Below, one piece after another: positions 28,463 to 40,784 of a DNA stretch of 64,000 nucleotides. Origin of the DNA: Eledone cirrhosa (Eukaryota); assembly GCA_964016885.1 (NCBI GenBank), contig OZ024757.1, positions 23,126,001 through 23,190,000 of the forward strand, written 5' to 3'. A program made the translations under genes and the position numbers. The notes under the pieces were generated by a model. That model was given only the letters and a program-made list of their open reading frames with translations. It did not search any database and was not told the origin of the DNA. The stretch's first letter is position 1; the number at the start of each line of letters is the position of its first letter.

Positions 28463-28834
28463 ATTGCATAACAGTTATAAGGGAACACAAAGTGACACAG
28501 CACACAACACAAAAACAAGATGGTGTAGGATAGAACAAAAGAGATACACAAAATAAAAATCCAGTCACTGGGGAGGTCACAGAATATGTGATGAAAGTCC
28601 GTTGACAATATAAAAATAGCCATCTGGTTATCAAACCAACCAGCCAACAGGAAATTTATAATAAATTGAAATGAAAACCAACAGGTGCATGTGTTTTTAT
28701 TGGCAGCATGACCCTCCCAAACTATAACAATATATTATCTTGTCTTTAATGCGAGAAAATTTTCTCTCTTTGTGCTTTCCTCTTATTTATAAATACATCT
28801 TATCCAGCAACTACACAGTCCCTGTTTCTTCTTA

Positions 28835-29745
28835 TATAAAAGTTCAGAGAGCTTATACCGCTGTTGGCCACAAAAGTTTTCTCTCTAAAAATGAAAGGCA
28901 GATTGTATGATGCTTGTATATGAACAACAATGATACATGGCAGTGAGACATGGGCATTGTGTGCAGAGGACCTGCGCAGACTGGAAAGGAACGAAGCATG
29001 CATGTTCCGTTGGATGTGTAATAGTAACATACGTGAACGGCAAAGCATAAATGAACTAAGTGAGAAATTAGGAATAAGAGGGATCAGATGCTGTTTACTC
29101 GAGAGAAGACTATGTTGGTATGGCCACATGATGCGCATGAAAGACGACAGCTGTATAATAAAGTGCAGGGGGATCAAAATTGATGGTAGTTACGGAGTAG
29201 GTAGACCCAGAAAAACCTGGGACGATCTGATAAATTCCGACCTTACACACTTGCACCTCTCTAAGACAATGTCACTGGACAGAGATCTTTGACGCTACGC
29301 AGTAATACAGAAGACCTGCCTTGCCTATGTACAAAGCGAAACCTACAGTCAGTAGGCACCTCTTAACCAAATATACACCCCAATCCACTACCCCAACCGT
29401 CCTCCCACTCCAACCAACACCACCCTCTCTCTATAAAGTTGGTACCACAACATCCAGTCCAAATAAATGAGATGAGATCGAGATTGTGTAGGTGTCACGA
29501 GAAAAAAACACACAGTCCACGCTGTAATGTGGCCGTGTAGGTAACACGATAAAAAGTTCCCAGTTCCACACTGTAAATGTGGTTGGTGTTAGGAAGGGCA
29601 TCCAGCCATAGAAAACCTGCCAGATGGTCCTATATGAGCGAGACACGGTCACCCGACCAACCTTGCCTCAAGTGGGACAACTCCCGTCTAACCCATGCTT
29701 GCATGGAAAATCGACGTTAAACGAAGGTGATGATGATGATGATGA
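28835..29745 (+). mobile_element. RTE LINE 3' ~900 bp
   Basis: ORF 28930 HGSETWAL...RRLERNEACMFRWMC...RRLCWYGHMMRM...GRPRKTW, then UTR and (GAT)n. Confidence 0.9.
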
Positions 29746-29767
29746 TATATATATATATTAAAGTAAA

Positions 29768-30155
29768 GGTACATGGCTTAGTGGTTAGAGCATTGGGCTT
29801 GCAATCGAAAGGTTGTGAGTTCAATTCTCAGACCGGGTGATGTGTTGTTTCCTTGAGCAAGACACTTTATTTCACATTGCTCCAGTTTACTCAGCTGTAG
29901 AAATGAGATGATAGGGACTGGGGTCCCTATTATTCCACTGCAAAGTGGTCGTGGAGGTGCCACGGAAAAAAAGAGCACATAGCACTCATTGTAAATGAGG
30001 TTGGTGTTAGGAAGGGCATCCAGCTGTAGAAATCAAGCCAGAATCAGATCCCGTATGAGCAGGACAAGGTCAGCCGACTGGACACTGCCCACAACAGGAC
30101 AACTCGTCTAAACCATGCTAGCGTGGAAGAACGGACGTGAAAACGGTGATGATGA

Positions 30156-30160
<5 letters not shown>
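29768..30160 (+). mobile_element. Full CORE-SINE with RTE tail type A
   Basis: A/B boxes, CORE, then ggttggtgttaggaagggcatcc...ccatgctagcgtggaagaacggacg(GAT)n. Confidence 0.9.
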
Positions 30161-30191
<31 letters not shown>

Positions 30192-30577
30192 CCCATAACC
30201 CATACTAGCATGGAAAATGGACGTTAAATGATGATGATGATATATATACATACATATAATATATATATATATATGGCATGGACTCAGAACCTTGGCAAGA
30301 TTTGATCTTTGAGAGAAGAGAGCTGGAACAAATACCACAAGGCATTCTATCCACTCTTCCAGTGATATCTGCCTTGGTATTAAAATAAATTAATGCAGTG
30401 AAATATCACAGGTATATGCAGCTAATTAAGAAAGCTGAAATGATCTCGTTAAAATCTTGCTTCATATTTAAACTTTGATATATGTCAGAACATTTAATAA
30501 CCTGTCATAATGTATGACTGTCTAATTCTCTATTGTTCGACCATAAGTGCTCTTGGCATTCATCTCCGTTATTGTTA

Positions 30578-31776
30578 GTGTACTGGGGGAGGCTGGGGTG
30601 GTATAGTGTTGGGGGAGACTTAGGTGGTATAGTGTACTGGAGGAGGCTGGGGTGGTATAGTGTTGGGGCAGGCTGGTATAGTGGTGGGGGAAGCTGAGGT
30701 GGTATAGTGTACTGGGGGAGGCTGGGGTGGTATAGTGTTGGGGGAGGCTGGTATAGTGGTGGGGGAGGCTGAGGTGGTATAGTGTACTGGGGGAGGCTGG
30801 GGTGGTATAGTGTTGGGGGAGGCTGGGGGAGGCTGAGGTGGTATAGTGTTGGGGTAGGCTGGTATAGTGGTGGGGGAGGCTGGGGTGGTATAGTGTACTG
30901 GGGTAGGCTGGGGTGGTATAGTGTTGGGGGAGACTGAGGTGGTATAGTGTACTGGAGGAGGCTGGGGTGGTATAGTGTTGGGGGAGGCTGGTATAGTGGT
31001 GGGGGAAGCTGAGGTGGTATAGTGTACTGGGGGAGGCTGGGGTGGTATAGTGTTGGGGGAGGCTGGTATAGTGGTGGGGGAGGCTGAGGTGGTATAGTGT
31101 ACTGGGGGAGGCTGGGGTGGTATAGTGTTGGGGGAGGCTGGGGGAGGCTGAGGTGGTATAGTGTTGGGGTAGGCTGGTATAGTGGTGGGGGAGGCTGGGG
31201 TGGTATAGTGTACTGGGGTAGGCTGGGGTGGTATAGTGTTGGGGGAGGCTGAGGTGGTATAGTGTACTGGGGGAGGCTGGGGTGGTATAGTGTTGGGGGA
31301 GGCTGAGGTGGTATAGTGTACTGGGGGAGGCTGGGGTGGTATAGTGTTGGGGGAGGCTGGGGGAGGCTGAGGTGGTATAGTGTTGGGGTAGGCTGGTATA
31401 GTGGTGGGGGAGGCTGGGGTGGTATAGTGTTGGGAGAGGTTGAGGTGGCATAGTGTACTGGGGGAGGCTGGGGTGGTATAGTGTTGGGGGAGGCTGGTAT
31501 AGTGGTGGGGGAGGCTGGGGTGGTATAGTGTTGGGGGAGGCTGAGGTGGTATAGTGTTGGGGTAGGCTGGTATAGTGGTGGGGGAGGCTGAGGTGGTATA
31601 GTGTTGGGGTAGGCTGGTATAGTGGTGGGGGAGGCTGGGGTGGTATAGTGTTGGGGGAGGTTGAGGTGGTATAGTGTACTGGGGGAGGCTGGGGTGGTAT
31701 AGTGTACTGTGGGAGGCTGGGGTGGTATAGTGTACTGGGGGAGGCTGGGGTGGTATAGTGGTGGGGGAGGCTGGGC
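30578..31776. repeat. G-rich minisatellite (variable ~21-29-bp units)
   Basis: gggggaggctggggtggtatagtgt variants; source of the 423-aa Pro-rich pseudo-ORF. Confidence 0.95.
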
Positions 31777-31904
31777 TTAACTTTGCCTTTCATCCTTACG
31801 GGGTCGATAAAATAAAGTACCAGTCACGCACTGGGGTCGATTTAATCGACTTTCCCCACCCCCAAAATTGCTGGCCCTGTGCCTATATAAGAAATCATTA
31901 TTTA

Positions 31905-33105
31905 CATGAACAGGATTGAGAAGCGCAGCTGGGTTGGAAGTGGTGACACGACTGGTGAGGGTAAAATCCAGTCGGCTGGAATTTTCAGACAACATGGTGT
32001 TACTTAACTCAACAGAAGGTGATCTACAACTTGCACTCGACAGGTTTGATGCCGAGTGCTGCAATGGCTGGAATGTAAATCAGTGCTGTGAAAACTGAGA
32101 CACTCGTCCCCTCAAGGAAGCCTGCGCAGTACACTCTGTGAATGGAGTCCCACTGAAGCAGGTAGAGAAGTTCAAGTATCTCGGGGCCATGTTCACAAGT
32201 GATGGAAGGCAGGAGGCTGAATTAAGTGCAAGAATTGCAGGAGCTGGTGCAGTAGTGCGCCAGCTTCACCATTCAGTAACCAGAAGAAGGGAGGTAGGTG
32301 TAAAAGCCAAACTTGTTATCTTCAATTCAGTTTTCATGTCAACCTTTACCTATGGTCATGAATCTTGGGTAATGACCAAAAGAATATGATCGTGAATACA
32401 AGCAGCCGAAATGGGGTTCCTCTGAAGGGTCTTTGGAGTAAGGTTACTCGATAGAGTGCATAACTCGGGGATCAGAGAGTGACTCAATGTAGAGCCGCTA
32501 CTTCTTTGAATTGAGCGATCACAGCTCCCATATTTTGGGCATGGGGTTAGAATGTCTCAGGAAAGAATCGCCGGACAGATTTTACGGGCAAAACCAACAA
32601 GCAGGAAACCCAGAGGTAGACCCTGAGTAAGATGGTTGGATAACATGCATGAACATGGCTGGTCTCACTTGGGGATCCAGCCTGGTTACTTCTGACAGGA
32701 CCTTCTAGAACAGGGGTCACCAACCCCAGCCCGCAAAGGGTTTCAATCTGGTTCGCGAAGGCCTTTATCCTGCTCGCAAGGGTTCTAAAAAGGGTACAGT
32801 TTGCAATAAATTCGAACCCGATCTATCGATATTGCCAAATAAAACAATGTTTAAATGTATTTTTCTGCTTGGGACAGCTCTAAGTATCAATATTGAATTA
32901 TTTTGTTACAAATCTAACATAAGGGGTAAATAAATGATTACTTATTTGTATATAAGTAGTATTAATTGCGCATCTGGGCCGCGGAACCACCGCTGCCTGG
33001 CTATCCGGCCCACGAACCCAAAAAATTGGGAACCCCTGTGCTAGAACAAGTGTTTGAGGACTCTGCCCCATGACCTTACAGGGATAAGTGGGCGAAGAAG
33101 GAGGT
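31905..33105 (+). mobile_element. Decayed RTE (Expander/Rex3-like) LINE 3' part
   Basis: VEKFKYLGAMFTSDGRQE...KAKLVIFNSVF..TFTYGHESWVMTKR; contains stops and frameshifts. Confidence 0.85.
32711..33038. mobile_element. hAT (Charlie-like) MITE nested in the RTE
   Basis: TIRs caggggt/acccctg; 8-bp TSD ttctagaa / tgctagaa (NTCTAGAN-type target). Confidence 0.85.
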
Positions 33106-33109
33106 CCCA

Positions 33110-34050
33110 AATCACCTGAAACTGCCCTGGTTGTTAAGGTCTAAGCTGTTTATTCTGCAGTGTTTATATCTATCAAACTTCCATCATACTTTTATGTAAG
33201 AAATCTTGGTTAAATTATGTTCCTAACACCAATTAAAAAATGAGAAATTTAATTATTTTACTAATCCTTCAAAATTCTTGATTAGCAGAGACTCATTAGA
33301 AATATGGTAATGAAAGAGTTAACATTTTTATATTTGTCTAAAAACCTTTCATCATAATTCTACCTTTGTTGTGTTTCAAACACCAGATTAATAACGAGAA
33401 AGTTTAATAAATTTTAATAAATTCCACTAAATTCTTGATTATTTTCAAAATGATTTGAAAATCATAGTCAGTGTCTTTTATTAGAAATATGGTAATGAAA
33501 GGATTGATATTTATATTTATCTAAAATCATTCCATCAGAATTTTATGTTAGAACCTTTGTTAAGTTATGTTCCAAATACCAGATTAATAATGAGAAATTT
33601 AGTTATATTAATAAATCCCTCCAAAAAATGTCTGATTATTTTTTCAAAATTAAATGAAAAACAGGTGTCTTTCATTAGAAATATGGTAATGAAAGGGTAA
33701 AATGGTTATATTTATAAAAAAAATATTCATAATAATTTAATGTAAGAACTTTTGTTAAGTTATGTTCCATGCATCAGATTAATAAAGAGAAGGTTGGTGA
33801 TATTACTAAATCATTCCAAATTCTTGATTATTTGAAAATCATAGGCGGTGTCTTTCATTAGAAATATGGTAATGAAAGGGTTAATGTGTTTAAATTTATC
33901 TAAAAACCTTTCATGATAATTTTATCTAAGAACCTTTATTAAGTTATATTTAAAACACCAGCTTATTAATGTGAAATTTAATTATATTAAAATTACTTGG
34001 AAATTATAGAGAGGTTCTTTCATTAGAAATATGGTAATGAAAGGGTTTAT
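33110..34050. repeat. Five diverged ~185-bp tandem units ending in a piggyBac-like terminus
   Basis: attagaaatatggtaatgaaag(ggttaa) at 33295, 33480, 33674, 33857 and 34022; related pieces at 53360-53520, 54200-54320 and 54810-55140. Confidence 0.75.
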
Positions 34051-34099
34051 GAGAAATACGCCCTATTTATATAACATGAGGTATGAAGTGAAAACTTGG

Positions 34100-35775
34100 A
34101 TAAGATGTTTAATGAAAATGACACTAAGTAATAAGGTGGTATGATGTAAAAATACACAATTAAAGCACATTTAATTAGAAAGATGCTCTACTAATTATTA
34201 AGGTGGTGTGATGTGGAATTACACAATTAAAACACATTTAACAAGACAGATGCTCTACTGATTTTGATGGTGTGATGTGAAAATACACAGTGAAGATACA
34301 TTTAACAGAAAAAACACTACCAATTATAGATCGTATGGTATGGAAATACACAAGACACATTTAACAAGAAAGACACTCCACTGGTTATTGGTGGTCTGGT
34401 GTAGAAATATATATGTCACATTTAACAAGAAAGACACTCCACTAGTTATTGGTGGTCTGGTGTAGAAATATATAAGACACATTAACAAGAAAGACACTCC
34501 ACTGGATATTGGTGGTCTGGTGTAGAAATACATAAGACACTACGAATTATTGGTGGTATGGTGTAGAAATACACAAAAAAAAGTGCACCTTTAACAAGAA
34601 TGACACTACTGATTATAGGGTGGTGTGGTGTAAAAATACAGAGAAAAATGTACCTTTAATGAGATAAAAATGTAACTTTAATGAGAGAAAAATGTACCTT
34701 TAACAAGAGAAAAATGTAACTTTAATGAGAGAAAAATGTACCTTTAATGAGAGAAAAATGTACCTTTAATGAGAGAAAAATGTACCTTTAACAAAAGAAA
34801 AATGCACCTTTAACGTGAGAAAAATGCACCTTTAACGTGAGAAAAATGTACCTTTAACAAGAGAAAAATGTACCTTTAACAAGAGAAAAATGTACCTTTA
34901 ACAAGAGAAAAATGTACCTTTAACAAGAGAAAAATGTACCTTTAACAAGAGAAAAATGTACCTTTAACAAGAGAAAAATGTACCTTTAACAAGAGAAAAA
35001 TGTACCTTTAACAAGAGAAAAATGTACCTTTAACAAGAGAAAAATGTACCTTTAACAAGAGAAAAATGTACCTTTAACAAGAGAAAAATGTACCTTTAAC
35101 AAGAGAAAAATGCACCTTTAACAAGAGAAAAATGTACCTTTAACAAGATAAAAATGTACCTTTAACAAGAGAAAAATGTACCTTTAACAAGAGAAAAATG
35201 TACCTTTAACAAGAGAAAAATGTACCTTTAACAAGATAAAAATGTACCTTTAACAAGAGAAAAATGTAACTTTAGTGAGAGAAAAATGTACCCTTAACAA
35301 GAGAAAAATGTACCTTTAACAAGAGAAAAATGTACCTTTAACAAGAGAAAAATGTACCTTTAACAAGAGAAAAATGTACCTTTAACAAGAGAAAAATGCA
35401 CCTTTAACAAGAGAAAAATGTACCTTTAACAAGATAAAAATGTACCTTTAACAAGAGAAAAATGTACCTTTAACAAGAGAAAAATGTACCTTTAACAAGA
35501 GAAAAATGTACCTTTAACAAGATAAAAATGTACCTTTAACAAGAGAAAAATGTAACTTTAGTGAGAGAAAAATGTACCTTTAACGAGATAAAAATGCACC
35601 TTTAACAAGAGAAAAATGTACCTTTAACGAGATAAAAATGCACCTTTAACGAGATAAAAATGCACCTTTAACGAGATAAAAATGCGCCTTTAGTGAGAAA
35701 AACAGCTTACTTATAAGGTGGTAAAATGTGAAAATACACAGAGAAGAATGCACTTTTAACAAGAAATATGCTCTT
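34100..35775. repeat. Diverged ~60-bp tandem repeat containing a 22-bp minisatellite (34640-35700, ~48 copies)
   Basis: 60-mer acatttaacaagaaagacact...ggtgtagaaatac; 22-mer gagaaaaatgtacctttaacaa. Confidence 0.92.
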
Positions 35776-36149
35776 CTCCTGAAGTGAAGGTGGCCAAGTA
35801 TATCAGGTTATTTGACTTATTGCTTTTAAAGGATTGTTTAATGAAGTGTGAAAGGAAAGTTGCACTATCTGAATACCGAGGAACTAGCAAACTGCTGAAC
35901 TGCAGTGACCCTTACTGGCTTGCTAGTTATAGGAGAATTATTGCAGGGCCGGTCCTGCCTTCTGCTTATTCTTATGAAGGAGAATAATGGGGATTACGTA
36001 GTCGGATGTGTGTGTGTTAGTGGTGGAAGGTAGGGTTACAAAAAGGATTAGGCAAGAAAGGGGTGGTGTGAGGAGGGGGGGGGGGGTCATCGTGGATAAA
36101 ATTGTACAGTACAAGGTGAAGTGGGAACAAATTAAATTGGGAGTGAAAA

Positions 36150-38050
36150 AAAGGGAAAGAGAGAGTGTGGGTAGGAGAGAGTGTGTGTGTGTGTGGAAGA
36201 GAGAGTAAAGTGGGAGGGAGAGTGAATGTGGTGGGAGGGAGTGTGTGTGTGTGGAGAAAGTGTGTGTGTGTGTGGAGAAAGAGAGTGTGGAGGGAGTGTG
36301 TGTGTGTGTGTGTGGAAGTGAGAGTGTGGTGGGAGGGAGTGTGTGTGTGTGTGGAAGAGAGAGTGCGGTGGGAGGGAGTGTGTGAGAGAGAGATTGAGAG
36401 AGAGTGTGGTGGGAGGGAGTATGTGTGAGAGAGAGAGTGTGGTGGGAGGGAGTGTGTGTGTGAGAGAGAGTGTGGTGGGAGGGAGTGTGTGAGAGAGAGC
36501 GTGGTGGGAGGGAGAGTGTGTGTGAGAGAGAGATTGAGAGAGAGTGTGGTGGGAGGGAGTGTGTGTGAGAGAGAGAGTGTGGTGGGAGGGAGAGTGTGTG
36601 TGAGAGAGAGAGTGTGGTGGGAGGGAGTGTGTGTGAGAGAGAGAGTGTGGTGGGAGGGAGTGTGTGTGAGAGAGAGAGTGTGGTGGGAGGGAGTGTGTGT
36701 GTGAGAGAGTGTGGTGGGAGGGAGAGTGTGTGTGAGAGGGAGAGTGTGTGTGAGAGAGAGAGTGTGGTGGGAGGGAGAGTGTGTGTGAGAGATTGTGAGA
36801 GAGAGATTGAGAGAGAGTGTGGTGGGAGGGAGTGTGTGTGTGAGAGAGAGATTGAGAGAGAGTGTGGTGGGAGGGGGTGTGGTGGGAGGGGGTGTGGTGG
36901 GAGGGAGTGTGGTGGGAGGGAGTGTGGTGGGAGGGAGTGTGTGTGTGAGAGAGAGAGTGTGGTGGGAGGGAGAGTGTGTGTGAGAGGGAGAGTGTGTGTG
37001 AGAGAGAGATTGAGAGCGAGAGAGAGAAAGAGGAAGATGTCAAACAAAGAAGAATTACATTGTAAAAATATGAAGGAAATCTGTGTGTATATGTGTGTCT
37101 GTGTGTGTCGGACCTTGTATATGTGTGTGTGTGTGTGAGGAGGGGGGGGGGGGCTGTCTATATGTGTATGTGTGTGTGTGGGACTAAGTATGTGAGTGCG
37201 TGGGGAGGACTGTGTATGTGTGTGTGTGTGTCTGGGACTGTATATGTGTATGTGTGTTGGGGGGGGAGACCGTGCATGTGTGGGGGGAGGGGACTGTGTA
37301 TATGTGTATCTGTGTGTGGGGGGGAGACTGTGCATGTGAGTGTGTGTGGGGGACTGAGTATGTGTGTGTGTGTGTGTGGAACTGAGTATGTGTGTGTGTG
37401 TGTGGAACTGAGTATGTGTGTGTGTGTGTGTAAATAGGAACAGAAAACTGGAAAACGAATAGTATAGTATAGTTGAAAGACAGAGAAAGAGGGGGAGAAG
37501 GGGGGCAGGGGGCCGGGGGAGCAGGGGAGGGATGTGGGGAGATGGGGAGAGGGGAAGAAAGAAGGGAGGGAGGTGAGAGAGAGGGAGAGAGCAAAGAGAG
37601 AGAGAGCAGAGAGAGAGAGGGGAAAGAGAGCAGGACAGAAAGAGAGAAAGAAACGGACAGACAAAGAAAGAGAGAGAGAGAGGGGGAGGTGGGGGTGATA
37701 GAGAAGCAGAGAGTGAAAGAGAGTGAGGGAGAGATACAGATATATATATATATATAGAGAGAGAGAGAGTGAGTAAAAAAAGAGAATAGATTTTAAAAAT
37801 AAAGTATGACAGTATATTTAGATGGGTTAGATGTAGAGAGAGAGAGAGAGTGAGAGAGAGAGAGGCAGAAAGAGGTAAAGAGAGAGAGAGAGAGAGACAA
37901 ACAAAGAGAGAGAGTGAGAGAAAGAGACAGGGAGGGGTAAAGAGAGAGACAGACAAAGAGAGAGAGAGGGAGAGAAAGAGGCAGATATATATATAGAGAG
38001 AAAGAGATAAAGAGTGAAGAAATATTTAAAATAAAGTGTGAGAGAGTGTT
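36150..38050. repeat. (GT)/(GA) compound repeat with gtggtgggaggg anchors
   Basis: Direct reading; source of the 672-aa low-complexity ORF. Confidence 0.9.
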
Positions 38051-38654
38051 GAGATAGATTAGAGGTAGAAAATGGCCTCTGGAACTGGAAGGGAAATAGA
38101 AAGGAAAAAAAGTATTATGAATAGTGGAAGTTAAAATGATTGTCAGATAGGCGGACCAAGGAATTGGAGTTTCTTTTATAATATGGTCCAGCTAAAATTA
38201 GCAGGTGTTCACTTAAAGGAACTCTTGACAACAAGATTTAGACTGTTGTAAAACATTAGGAAAGATGGTGAAATGGGGGAGCCGTTAGAACTTCAGATAC
38301 AATGCTTTGTGGTATACAATCCGGTTCTTTGCTCTCTGAGTTCTAATCCCACCAAGCTCAACTTTGCCATCCATCGGGGTCAATAAAAAAAGTACCACTG
38401 GTGTCAATTTTTTCCTCTATATCCTTTTCTCACCTCCTCTATCCTTCTCTGGAAGAGAAGCTGCTCTGTTCAGATATATATATATAACAAATTAAGATGA
38501 CACATGCACACATATAGTTACTTCCTATTTCTGTTTTGTACACACACACACACACACACTCACACACATATATATATATATAGAGAGAGAGAGGAAAAGT
38601 GTCACAACTCTGACGGCTGAGCTCCAGCTATTTTGACATACACATATATATATG

Positions 38655-38696
<42 letters not shown>

Positions 38697-38699
<3 letters not shown>

Positions 38700-38822
38700 T
38701 TAATATAGATGAGATTCTACAGGACTAGAACTGTCTCATTCTTTAGAAATCATCAGGAATCTCTGATGATTTCTAAAGAATGAAACAGTTCTAGTCCTGT
38801 AGAATCTCATCTATATTAAAAC
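38697..38822. ncRNA. Near-perfect palindrome of two head-to-head minimal hammerhead motifs
   Basis: + copy CTGATGA tttctaaagaat GAA ACAG ttctagtc CTGT A gaat. The - copy has stem I attc/gaat but GAGA in place of GAAA. Confidence 0.6.
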
Positions 38823-38889
38823 TTTTATACTCTGCAATGTATTGAGTACCTTACTTACTGTGGTTACCTCCGATTCAACCCGGAATAAC

Positions 38890-38938
<49 letters not shown>

Positions 38939-39142
38939 TATATTTATTTAGATTTGTTGGTTCACCACTGGATAGAATTGATTCATTCCGTATGGTCAAT
39001 CTCGATGTAATATTATGGAGAGTACTCAACGTAATGCAGCTCACCCATCTTCGTTTGTGTAGTTGGTGGTGCGAGTATGGAGTTAATTATTATAATAAAA
39101 TAACAGGAGGCTGGAATTATGTAAATCCTTGAAAGGTTTATT

Positions 39143-39200
39143 ATACTATGATCATTTCAGTGACCGGGTTCTGCATGAATCCGGTGATATCATCAGGTAT
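39143..39200 (-). ncRNA. Type I hammerhead motif (left arm of inverted repeat 39091-39429)
   Basis: atac CTGATGA tatcaccgg..ccggtcact GAAA tgatc ATA gtat. Confidence 0.7.
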
Positions 39201-39319
39201 TCAAAATATAACAAAGGAATATAACAGATAAAATCCATGGGGCTGAAAATCATAGAAAAGAGGACGACCGACCATCTAGCATCTTCTACTTTAGTCGGTC
39301 ACCCTTTGTTATATTTCGA

Positions 39320-39377
39320 ATACCTGATGATATCACCGGATTCATTCAGAACCTGGTCATTGAAATGATCATAGTAT
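39320..39377 (+). ncRNA. Type I hammerhead motif (right arm of inverted repeat 39091-39429)
   Basis: atac CTGATGA tatcaccgg..ctggtcatt GAAA tgatc ATA gtat; stem III region is the palindrome ATGATCAT. Confidence 0.75.
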
Positions 39378-39536
39378 AATAAACCTTTCAAGGATTTACA
39401 CAAGTCCAGCCTCCTGTTATTTTATTATATAAATATATATATATATATATATATTTAAATATAAATTCAGCGAGAATCGCATTTCGGCGGGTAGAAATAA
39501 GCAAAACTCAATTTCCAATTTGTAGAGTGGGTAATG

Positions 39537-39650
39537 GGAAAATGTTTGATCCCGGCGGCAGAGCTCAAGCCGTTTCGACGGCTATTTCTGGACGTCCAGA
39601 AATAGCCGTCGAAACGGCTTGAGCTTTGCCGTCGGCGTCAAACATTTTCC
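39537..39650. mobile_element. Spacerless palindromic element, same family as 31-173
   Basis: Centre ttctggac|gtccagaa; 57-bp arms starting ggaaaatgtttga. Confidence 0.75.
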
Positions 39651-40124
39651 TATATATATAGGAAAATGTTTGACCCCGACGATATGTTTGATATATATAT
39701 ATAGTAATAATAATAAATTTGAAGACTAAAATCCAAAGAAGGTTCGATAAGGATAAATATATATCAGATATATAAGAACCGTTCATTGCCAGAGAACGTC
39801 TAAGATAATATTAGTCTACGACTTCTTTTATACCATAAACGTGGTTTTGTCTTTGCGTGTAATTGTTTTTCACCGCTCCAAATAATATATTCGTTTTTTC
39901 CCATTCTTTGCCAGGGAACGTTTCCGCGAACCAAAGTATCGTCTTCCTGTCTTCCTCCGGTTGCAACGTTTTTTGAAATATTCACTTCTGCGTTCACAGA
40001 TTGACTTTGTTAGTTTCAGAAAATCCCGTTAAGGGTGAAAGCAGCGATTCTTTGCTTAAACTTTAATCTGTTATTTTAAATATATATATATATATATATA
40101 TAACATAACCTTATTATGTAACAA

Positions 40125-40198
40125 GCTGTCTGATGATGACACGACACTCGCACACAGAACAGTGTGGCCAGTGTCGTCACTGAAATATATATCACAGC
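40125..40198 (+). ncRNA. Type I hammerhead ribozyme motif with extended stem II
   Basis: gctgt CTGATGA tgac-acgacact..cacac/gtgtg..agtgtcgt-cact GAAA tatat ATC acagc. Confidence 0.75.
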
Positions 40199-40467
40199 AT
40201 TATTATTAAAGGACTTAAACATCTGAAACTACTTCGCTTTTCCTTATTCGATATTTACTCCGTCACTCCTATGTGGAAAAAGTACGTTGAGTGCTTGAAT
40301 TGAATTGCATCAATGTTTACCCTAATATATATATATATGGAAAGTTATATTTAAATTGTTGGGTTACAACTAGTAAATATTTATAACTGATATAAAAGCA
40401 CTCGACAAATATTTGGAGTATATTTACAATATTAAATAAATGGAAACTATATTTATAAAACCATATT

Positions 40468-40533
40468 TATTTCATTATATATATTTCAGGGATATCATAT
40501 TAACAATATGCTATGCCTTCCTCAGACAAAATA
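40468..40533 (-). ncRNA. Type I hammerhead ribozyme motif
   Basis: tattttgt CTGAGGA aggcata..tatccct GAAA tatat ATA atgaaata. Confidence 0.75.
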
Positions 40534-40722
40534 CAATATAAACAGTTTTATAGATAAATAGATTCGACATACCGTAACATCTACTTGCATTTGAGAAGGT
40601 TGATTTGGTAGGTTGAAGGTTGATATATATATATATATATACACACACATAAATATACATACATATACATGTCATATTCAATGATATTAAATAAATGGAA
40701 ACTATATTTATAAAACCATATT

Positions 40723-40784
40723 TATTCTATTATATATATTTCAAGGGTACCAAAAACTTTGGTACGCTTTCATCAGATAAAATA
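40723..40784 (-). ncRNA. Type I hammerhead motif within a ~285-bp unit (40680-40965)
   Basis: tattttat CTGATGA aagcgtaccaaa..tttggtaccctt GAAA tatat ATA atagaata. Confidence 0.8.

Noticed and set aside
34640-35700. CRISPR- or iteron-like array
   Set aside because: Head-to-tail 22-mers without spacers, in eukaryotic repeat context.
35938-37956. 672-aa ORF, and other long ORFs at 19642-21577, 30522-31793 and 40998-42303
   Set aside because: Translations of micro- or minisatellites, open in several frames, with no domain content.
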